The notes under the pieces: model-generated
Told to the model about the DNA's origin: nothing
Database searches by the model: none
What the model saw: the letters and a program-made list of their open reading frames with translations, nothing else
Shown here: positions 1 through 4,893 of the stretch, one piece after another
Numbering within the stretch: the first letter of the stretch is position 1
Layout of the letters: every line of letters begins with the position of its first letter
Made by a program: the position numbers and the translations under genes
Assembly (NCBI GenBank): GCA_046351295.1
Contig: JAXLYT010000035.1
Coordinates: 1-13,451, forward strand
Direction: 5' to 3'
DNA from: Byssovorax sp.
Lineage (GTDB): Bacteria; Myxococcota_A; Polyangia; Polyangiales; Polyangiaceae
DNA: 13,451 bases

Positions 1-680
1 CAGTGCACCACATGATACCCACCCCGCGCCTTCACCTGCTCCTTGAGCCGCGCCCGCGTCACCCCGTGACACAGCACATCCACCTCCACGTTCTTCTTCG
101 GCAGCACCTCCCCGAAGAACAGGTCGAGGAGCCGCTCCCGCTCCAGCCGCGCCGCGAGCGGCCGCGCCTCCGGCGCCTCCGCGAACACCAGGAGCACCCG
201 CACCGGCTCCTCCTTCTCCACCCGGATCGCCGCCTCCCTCCCCGGCGCGACCCCGGCCGGCGCCGCCCGCACCACCAGGTTCTTCCCGAGCAGCGTCGCC
301 TCCTCCCCCGGCGCCCGCGCCATCTCCCAGGGCACGCGCGCAAACGCCGCCGCCAGCCAGTCCTCCTTCGGATCGGGCAACCGCACCAGCACCGTCCGCT
401 GGTCGATCCCCTCGGCCAGCACCCGCGCAATCTCGCCCCCGAGCACATGCTCCCCGAGGAAGCCCCCGAGCTCCACGAGCTGCTCCGCCGGCTCCTTCGC
501 CCACCAGAGCCGCCGCACATGCCGCCGCGTATCGAACAGTCCCGACCAGAACGAAGGCCGATGCTTGTCGACCTCCACCTCGTGCGCCCCGAGGTGCCGC
601 CCCGCTTCATCGGCGAGCCGCAGCACCGCCCGCCGCTTCTCGGCGTCCGTCTCGACATCCAGCGTGAACAGCGTGCTCAT
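1..680 (-). CDS. CHAT-domain (caspase/HetF-like) protease family protein, N-terminal 226 codons; 3' end lies beyond the window start
   Basis: This gene is missing from the ORF track because it runs off the window edge. Reading the reverse complement from the ATG (complement of 678-680) gives an uninterrupted 226-codon frame down to position 3, with G/C-rich third positions. The translation runs MSTLFTLDVETDAEKRR...ARVPWEMARAPGEEATLLGKNLVVRAAP...RLERERLLDLFFGEVLPKKNVEVDVLCHGVTRARLKEQVKARGGYHVVH-. The 'LPWE..L ... vvR' segment and the '..TRA.L.....G.YHVVH' ending, which is cut just before the expected 'FxGHG' histidine motif, resemble CHAT domains. An in-frame TGA at the complement of 723-725 bounds the N-terminus. 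GGGAGG sits 4 nt upstream of the ATG. The + ORF 3..734 and - ORF 59..658 in the track are Arg/Pro-rich artefacts of other frames. Confidence 0.55.
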   Translation of the reverse strand, partial: MSTLFTLDVETDAEKRRAVLRLADEAGRHLGAHEVEVDKHRPSFWSGLFDTRRHVRRLWWAKEPAEQLVELGGFLGEHVLGGEIARVLAEGIDQRTVLVRLPDPKEDWLAAAFARVPWEMARAPGEEATLLGKNLVVRAAPAGVAPGREAAIRVEKEEPVRVLLVFAEAPEARPLAARLERERLLDLFFGEVLPKKNVEVDVLCHGVTRARLKEQVKARGGYHVVH

Positions 681-682
681 CC

Positions 683-700
683 GGCCTCCCAGGGGAGGCC
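683..700 (-). promoter_or_regulatory. Perfect palindrome GGCCTCCC-AG-GGGAGGCC overlapping the Shine-Dalgarno of the CHAT gene; it could be an SD-sequestering hairpin or an inter-cistronic stem-loop
   Basis: The 8-bp arms are exact reverse complements. On the mRNA the 3' arm carries the GGGAGG ribosome-binding site just upstream of the ATG at 680. The same CCTCCC/GGGAGG arm sequences recur in the palindromes at 1177-1200 and 1278-1301. Confidence 0.35.
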
Positions 701-748
701 CAGCGTACACGAAACGGAGCGCTCAGCGGGGTGAAGCGCCGCCGAGCC

Positions 749-1111
749 TCACGGCGAAGGCAGCAGCACCTTCCGGATCTTCGCGGCCAGCTTCTCGGCG
801 TGCTGCGCGTCGTCGATGAAGAGCACCTCTTCGTACCAGACATTGAGCGTGTCGACATCCGACAGCGATCGCAGCTTCTCCCGAAGGCCCGCATCGACCG
901 TGCCCAACCAGCGGCTGAGGAGCCGGATGATCGTCTCGGCGAAGACCTTGGCCTCGCCCTTGGTCTCGCCCTTCGCGAAAATTTCCTGGTACAGCGTGCT
1001 TGCCATGAGCTCTGTCTCGCTAATGTAGGCCTTCATGGCCCGGACGGGAACATCTTCTGCTTCGGCGACGCGCCGTAACACGGCCAGGTGGTCGGCTTTC
1101 CACCTGACCAT
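749..1111 (-). CDS. DUF4351 domain protein, a stand-alone or truncated C-terminal module of the Rpn/YhgA-like PD-(D/E)XK putative transposase family
   Basis: This is an ORF-track ORF. The C-terminal ~85 aa read ELMASTLYQEIFAKGETKGEAKVFAETIIRLLSRWLGTVDAGLREKLRSLSDVDTLNVWYEEVLFIDDAQ. They fit the G-x3-G-x3-G ... RLL.R.FG ... L..LS...L..W...L pattern of DUF4351. No upstream nuclease domain is present, and the reading frame is closed beyond 1111. The gene is visibly less GC-rich than its neighbours, with AAA, TTA, GAA, GAT and GTT codons. An alternative start is the ATG at the complement of 1034-1036 (95 aa). Neither start has a convincing SD. Confidence 0.6.
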   Translation of the reverse strand: MVRWKADHLAVLRRVAEAEDVPVRAMKAYISETELMASTLYQEIFAKGETKGEAKVFAETIIRLLSRWLGTVDAGLREKLRSLSDVDTLNVWYEEVLFIDDAQHAEKLAAKIRKVLLPSP

Positions 1112-1165
1112 TGGTCACATCTTCGGAGCCCGGTCATCCGACCGCTCGTACGGCCCTGCCGGAAA

Positions 1166-1200
1166 CCCCACCCCAACCCCTCCCCGCATGCGGGGAGGGG
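1166..1200. repeat. REP-like palindromic element, copy 1 (ccccaccccaa + perfect 24-bp palindrome CCCCTCCCCGCATGCGGGGAGGGG)
   Basis: Positions 1177-1200 are an exact palindrome (12-bp arms). The element is preceded by the C-rich flank ccccaccccaa. A second copy lies in inverted orientation at 1273-1315. Confidence 0.7.
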
Positions 1201-1272
1201 CAGCAATTGCCTATTTTTAAGCGCTTTGCTCTTCCAGGCGCGTCCTGCCAACCCCTGCCCTTTCAACAAGAT

Positions 1273-1315
1273 CCCCTCCCCTCCCCGCTCGCGGGGAGGG
1301 GCTGGGGGTGGGGTC
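1273..1315. repeat. REP-like palindromic element, copy 2, in inverted orientation (CCCCTCCCCG-ctcg-CGGGGAGGGG followed by ctgggggtgggg)
   Basis: A 10-bp perfect stem with a 4-nt loop at 1278-1301. The 3' flank ctgggggtgggg is the reverse complement of the copy-1 5' flank. Together the two copies bracket an AT-richer 72-bp segment (1201-1272) that contains a TATTTTT run. Confidence 0.7.
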
Positions 1316-1333
1316 TAGCAGCGCGCCCCTCAC

Positions 1334-1448
1334 AAATCCCCGAGGTTTTGGAGATCTGATGGAGCGTCAGCTTGCACGCGGAAAGGGGCCGGGGGTGAGG
1401 TTTTGGGCAGCGATCTCCCGCGAAATCCCCGGCGTTTTGGAGATGTGG
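1334..1448. repeat. Two ~27-bp direct repeats (AAATCCCCGrsGTTTTGGAGATsTG) about 89 bp apart, plus a third GAGGTTTTGG copy and a GGAGATC/GATCTCC inverted repeat
   Basis: Positions 1334-1362 and 1423-1448 match at about 22 of 26 positions. The 10-mer GAGGTTTTGG occurs at 1342-1351 and again at 1397-1406. GGAGATC at 1353-1359 is the reverse complement of GATCTCC at 1412-1418. The stretch is non-coding, since every frame gives Arg/Pro-rich nonsense. Confidence 0.6.
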
Positions 1449-1606
1449 CCAATGATCAGCTTTCAACGCGGGGCTCAAGTCCGTCCGCCGCGCGATGGCG
1501 TCGCGGGCCTGATGCGCCGCATCCTTGGTCGCCTCGTCGGCCGTGAGCGCCACGAGCGGTCCCAGCATACCCTGGCCCACCGGCCGCCCTGCATCGCCGA
1601 TCGCCA

Positions 1607-1906
1607 CCTCGAAACGCCCCCGGAGCACCGCCGGCTGGCCTCCACGCGCCTCGAAACGCCTCCCGCACGCCCCTGCAAGAGCCCACCGCCGCCTCGAAAC
1701 GCCTCCCGCACGCCCCTGCAAGAGCCCATGGCCGCCTCGAAATGCCCGCCGCACGCCCCGGCAAGGACTGCCCCGTGCCTCGAAATGCTCGCTGCGCGCC
1801 CCGGCGCGGGCTGCCCTCAACCTCGAAACGCTCTCCGCGCGCCCCTGCAAGGGTCGCCCTGCGCCTCGAACCGCCCTCCCGGCACCACGGCAGCGCCGAT
1901 CGCCCG
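1607..1906. repeat. Tandem array of 43-bp repeats, 7 copies, consensus CCTCGAAACGCCTCCCGCACGCCCCTGCAAGAGCCCACCGCCG; a non-coding minisatellite
   Basis: CCTCGAAA/CCTCGAAC recurs at 1607, 1649, 1692, 1735, 1778, 1821 and 1864, giving periods of 42 or 43 bp. Copies 2 and 3 are nearly identical and the outer copies are diverged. The period is not a multiple of 3 and there are no unique spacers, so this is neither coding nor a CRISPR array. A shorter ~20-bp x3 repeat (..CCGGCAGCC..) follows at 1901-1961. Confidence 0.8.
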
Positions 1907-2081
1907 CCCGGCAGCCCCGCCGCCCGTCCGGCAGCCCTCCGCGGCCTCCCGGCAGTCTCCGCCGTCCGTCCAGCCCGTTCCGCCGGCCGCTGGGGGCCCC
2001 TCCACCGGCACCCCGGCCTGCCTCGTCCGGCCGAAAATCCCAACCCCGCGCAAATTTTGTGCGCCTGGGCTCACCCGGTCG

Positions 2082-2111
2082 TTGACGAAGAAATTGCGAA
2101 ATTGCTAGGCT
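2082..2111 (+). promoter_or_regulatory. Candidate sigma-70-type promoter for the histone-like/Fic gene: TTGACG-N18-TAGGCT, with the spacer containing the direct repeat AAATTGCGAAATTGC
   Basis: TTGACG lies at 2082-2087 and TAGGCT at 2106-2111 (spacer 18 nt), within the only AT-richer stretch upstream of the ATG at 2197. An imperfect palindrome GCGCAAATTTTGTGCGC lies just upstream at 2048-2064. This is a weak, sequence-only call. Confidence 0.2.
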
Positions 2112-2196
2112 CTGCCGCGGCTGCACTGACTCGCTGTCCAGCTTGACAGGCACACCGTTCCGTAGTTGGCCCCGAGCGACGGATGGATCTCGGCCC

Positions 2197-3804
2197 ATGG
2201 CGGCAAAAAAATCCAAGAAACCCAAGCAAAAGGCCCCGAAGCGTGCCGCGAAGCCGGCGCGCCCCACGACCCGCGCGGCCAAGAAGAAGGCCGTGGCGCG
2301 CGCCAAGCCGGCGGTGAAGAAGGCCGCCCCCAAGAAAGCCCCGAAGCCGAAGCGTCCGGCCGCGAAGAAGGCCGTGAAGAAGGCGGTCGTCAAGAAGGCC
2401 GCCGCGAAGAAGAAGGCCGTCGTCAAGAAGGCCGCGCCGAAAAAGGCGGCGGTGAAGAAGGGCCCGGTCAAGAAGGCCCTCGCCCGGAAGCCCGCGCCCA
2501 AGGCGCCGGTGAAGAAGGCGGCCCCGAAGAAGGCTGAAAAGCCCGCCAAGAAGGCCCTCAAGAAGGCCGAAAAGCCGGTCAAGAAGGCCCCGAAGGCCGA
2601 AAAGCCGGTCAAGAAGGCCGAGAAGCTCGTCGAGAAGGCTTCGAAGAAGGCTGAAAAGCCGGCGAAGAAGGCCGAGAAGGTCGTCGAGAAGGCCCCGAAG
2701 AAGGTCGAGGTGCCGGCCAAGAAGGGGGCGCTCGCCAAGGCGCCGCCTTCGAAGCCGGTCGCGCCGCCTTCGAAGAAAGGGCTGCCGGAGGCCCGGCCGT
2801 CGGCGGGCAAGCGGCCCGTCCCGGCGCCGCCCGTCTCGGCCCCGAAGAAGAGCAGCCCCGGCAAGGAAGCGCCGCCCGCCAGGCGGAGCGACCGGCCCAT
2901 GGAGGCCGCGGGGAAGAAGCGCAGCTCGGCGCCGCCTCCGCCCGCCAAGGGCGGCAAGAAGGGGGCGCCCCTCGCTCCCGTGCGCGAGCCCCCGCCTCGC
3001 CTCGTCACCCTGCCCCTGCCCACGCTCCAGGCGCCCAAACGCCCCAGCGTGGAAGAGCGCTCGGCGTCGATCGAGAAGCGCCTCGCCGGCCAGACGGACG
3101 ACTTCCGCAAGCGCTACCTCGACAGCCTCGATATGTCGTGGATTTACCACGACAGCGCGCTCGAAGGGACCGTCTACACCTTCGAAGAGCTGCGCGCCGG
3201 CTTCTCCGGCCAGCCCCAGCCCATCACCGACTCGAACCTCCAGCCGACCTTCGAGGACATCCGGCGGCACAAGGAGGCCATCGAGTACGTCCGCGATTTC
3301 GGCGAGAAAAAGCGGCTCCCCGTCACGGTCGACGTGATCAAGAAGATCTACCTCATCCTCCACCCGGAGGAGGGCGACATCAAGACCGTGAAGTACCGGA
3401 AGGACATCCCCCAGCATCGCCTCTACTTCCACGAGTACGCCCCGCCGGACAAGATCGCCTACAAAGTCCGGCAAATCGTGGACTGGCTGAACGACCCGGA
3501 GACGCGCAAGACGCGCAACGGCATCCGCATCGCCGCCCGCGCGCACTACGATCTGCTCCGCGTCTACCCCTTCCCCACCGACAGCGGGAAGACGGCGCGC
3601 CTGTTCATGAACTTGCTGCTGCTGCGGAGCGGATTGCCGCCGGCGATCCTCCACTCCACGGAGCGGCAGCGCTACTACGAGGCCCTGAAGGGCTCGGCCA
3701 CCACGGTGCTCCAGATGGTGCAAGAGGCGGTGGAGAACGCCCTCTCCAGCGTCGAAAAGCTCCTCGATGAGCACGAAACGAAGAAGCGCGCCTTCGTCTC
3801 CTGA
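2197..3804 (+). CDS. Fusion protein: N-terminal histone H1-like Lys/Ala/Pro-repeat (AKKA/KKAEKPVKKA) domain joined to a C-terminal Fic/Doc-family domain with a degenerate active-site motif
   Basis: A single 535-codon frame opens at ATG 2197; the track extends it upstream to TTG 2143. Residues 1 to ~290 are K/A/P-rich repeats of the histone H1 / Hc1 / AlgP type, encoded by AAG-rich near-tandem 33-36-nt nucleotide repeats around 2530-2700. The C-terminal ~230 aa carry Fic-fold signatures. SWIYHDSALEGTVYT resembles Fic 'iyhSnaIEGN'. HYDLLRVYPFPTDSGKTARLFMNLLLLRSGLPPAIL aligns to HPFx(D/E)GNGRxxRLlmnllLlraGyPp, but with His->Tyr, D->T, G->D, N->S and R->K. This is followed by ERQRYYEAL. The stop is TGA at 3802-3804. 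Confidence 0.75.
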   Translation: MAAKKSKKPKQKAPKRAAKPARPTTRAAKKKAVARAKPAVKKAAPKKAPKPKRPAAKKAVKKAVVKKAAAKKKAVVKKAAPKKAAVKKGPVKKALARKPAPKAPVKKAAPKKAEKPAKKALKKAEKPVKKAPKAEKPVKKAEKLVEKASKKAEKPAKKAEKVVEKAPKKVEVPAKKGALAKAPPSKPVAPPSKKGLPEARPSAGKRPVPAPPVSAPKKSSPGKEAPPARRSDRPMEAAGKKRSSAPPPPAKGGKKGAPLAPVREPPPRLVTLPLPTLQAPKRPSVEERSASIEKRLAGQTDDFRKRYLDSLDMSWIYHDSALEGTVYTFEELRAGFSGQPQPITDSNLQPTFEDIRRHKEAIEYVRDFGEKKRLPVTVDVIKKIYLILHPEEGDIKTVKYRKDIPQHRLYFHEYAPPDKIAYKVRQIVDWLNDPETRKTRNGIRIAARAHYDLLRVYPFPTDSGKTARLFMNLLLLRSGLPPAILHSTERQRYYEALKGSATTVLQMVQEAVENALSSVEKLLDEHETKKRAFVS

Positions 3805-4603
3805 GCGCCGCGGCCCTCGCGCCGCGGCCCCAACCGCGCGCGTGAGCAAGCGGAAGACGGTTGCGTCGTCCGCGGCGACCACCGGTGCTTCCAGCCGTCG
3901 TCCCAGGCGAGCCAAGCCGGCCCCGAAGAATCGGCCCCGGGACGAGGCGCGGCCGACCTATGCGCGCCTGCGCCTCCTGTACCCCGACGCCCATTGCGAG
4001 CTCATCCACGCGGACTCGTTCACGCTCCTCGTGTCGACGGTCCTCAGCGCGCAGACGACGGACGTCCTCGTCAACAAGGTCACCCCCCACCTGTTCGCGC
4101 GCTGGCCCACCGCCAAGGCCCTCGGCGCGGCCGATCCTTCCGACGTCGCCGCCCTCCTCGCCGAGCGCGGGATGGGCATGTACAACCAGAAGGCGAAGAA
4201 CATCGTCGGCCTGAGCCGTCTCTTGATGGAGAAGCACGGCGGCCATGTCCCCCGCACCCTGGCCGAGCTCGTCGAGCTGCCCGGCGTCGGCCGGAAGACG
4301 GCCAACGTCGTCCTCGGCGTCGCCTTCGGGATGCCCGAGGGCGTCGTCGTCGACACCCATGTCCAGCGCCTGAGCCAGCGCCTCGGCTGGACGAAGCAGA
4401 CGGAGCCGGGGCCGATCGAGCAAGACCTGTGCGCCCTCTTCCCCCGCGAAGACTGGGACATGCTCTCCCACACGCTCATCTTTCATGGCCGCCGCACCTG
4501 CACGGCCCTTCGCCCGGCGTGTGCGGCGTGTGGTGTGAATGACGCGTGCCCGAGCGCCTTCAAGGCCGAAAACGTGGGCCGAAAGAAAGGGCGAGTCCGG
4601 TGA
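3767..4603 (+). CDS. nth: Endonuclease III (DNA-(apurinic or apyrimidinic site) lyase / thymine glycol glycosylase)
   Basis: The HhH-GPD motif is LVELPGVGRKTANVVL, with its catalytic Lys. The conserved Asp is in VVVDTHVQRL. A C-terminal [4Fe-4S] ligand set C-x6-C-x2-C-x5-C is present (CTALRPACAACGVNDAC). The protein is colinear with E. coli Nth from RPTYARLRLLYPDAHCEL onward. If ATG 3767 is the start there is a ~60-aa basic N-terminal extension and a 38-nt overlap with the upstream gene. GTG 3842 is an alternative start. Neither has a clear SD. Confidence 0.9.
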   Translation: MSTKRRSAPSSPERRGPRAAAPTARVSKRKTVASSAATTGASSRRPRRAKPAPKNRPRDEARPTYARLRLLYPDAHCELIHADSFTLLVSTVLSAQTTDVLVNKVTPHLFARWPTAKALGAADPSDVAALLAERGMGMYNQKAKNIVGLSRLLMEKHGGHVPRTLAELVELPGVGRKTANVVLGVAFGMPEGVVVDTHVQRLSQRLGWTKQTEPGPIEQDLCALFPREDWDMLSHTLIFHGRRTCTALRPACAACGVNDACPSAFKAENVGRKKGRVR

Positions 4604-4752
4604 TGTGCCGCTGCCCCGGCCATCCCGCCGACGGATCAGCACAACAAACAGCACCGCGACCGGTAGGGAGCGGACCGAGCAGGCATTACCTGCAAGGAAG
4701 CAACCACGTCGAGAGCCGAGGCCAAGTCGCTCGCGGATCGGCCTGGGCGGGG

Positions 4753-4870
4753 CGGTGCTTGCGGGTGGCGTGGGAGATGACGGGGGCCGGTGGCTGCGCG
4801 GTCCGCTCCCTGCCGGTCGCGGTGCTGTTCCTGGTGGCGTGGGAGATGACGGGGGCCGGTGGCTGTGCGG
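4753..4870. repeat. Two copies of a ~50-bp direct repeat (CGGTGCT..GGTGGCGTGGGAGATGACGGGGGCCGGTGGCTGyGCGG) in the uvrA leader
   Basis: The copies at 4753-4801 and 4818-4870 are near-identical over ~38 bp at their 3' ends, with a period of ~67 bp. They end 20 bp before the uvrA ATG. No LexA-type palindrome was recognised within them. Confidence 0.7.
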
Positions 4871-4893
4871 GGGGGGTGGGTGAGGTTTTATGA
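4777..4893 (+). CDS. Possible 38-aa upstream ORF / leader peptide (MTGAGGCAVRSLPVAVLFLVAWEMTGAGGCAGGVGEVL) whose stop overlaps the uvrA start as ATGA
   Basis: It is in frame with the track ORF 4546..4893. Third codon positions are nearly all G/C. The TGA at 4891-4893 overlaps the uvrA ATG at 4890-4892. The peptide repeats the WEMTGAGGCA motif because it spans the DNA direct repeat. It has no good SD, since GGGAG directly abuts the ATG, so the call is speculative. Confidence 0.2.
   Translation: MTGAGGCAVRSLPVAVLFLVAWEMTGAGGCAGGVGEVL

Noticed and set aside
3-734. 243-aa plus-strand ORF and the 199-aa minus-strand ORF 59..658
   Set aside because: Both are wrong frames over the CHAT gene. The third minus frame gives a clean 226-codon protein with CHAT features, whereas these two are Pro/Arg/His-rich or Arg/Gly/Cys-rich.
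1607-1906. Possible CRISPR array
   Set aside because: The repeats are directly contiguous (43-bp period) with no unique spacers. The copies are degenerate rather than identical. There are no cas genes in the window.
2143-2168. TTGACA at 2143-2148 as the -35 element of the Fic-fusion gene
   Set aside because: The only downstream -10-like hexamer (TAGTTG) is 14 nt away, too close for a sigma-70 promoter. The TTGACG-N18-TAGGCT pair at 2082-2111 fits better but is still weak.
1112-2196. tRNA/rRNA or other canonical RNA gene in the long intergenic region
   Set aside because: I could not find a cloverleaf-compatible acceptor/T-arm arrangement (no GTTCRANYC-type T-loop with matching stems). The TCGAA motifs belong to the tandem repeat.
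1263-3110. 615-aa minus-strand ORF and the overlapping ORFs 1308..2108+, 1525..2085+, 1742..2146+, 1456..2043-, 2166..2537+ and 2071..3915-
   Set aside because: They run through the 43-bp (non-multiple-of-3) tandem repeats and the antisense of the AAG-rich histone-like region. That antisense strand reads as poly-Phe/Ala/Gly. There is no codon-position GC structure and the composition is nonsense.
4740-4890. LexA/SOS box upstream of uvrA
   Set aside because: No CTGT-N8-ACAG, GTTC-N7-GTTC or GGTT-N10-ACC-type palindrome is present. The conspicuous structure is a direct repeat, not an inverted one.
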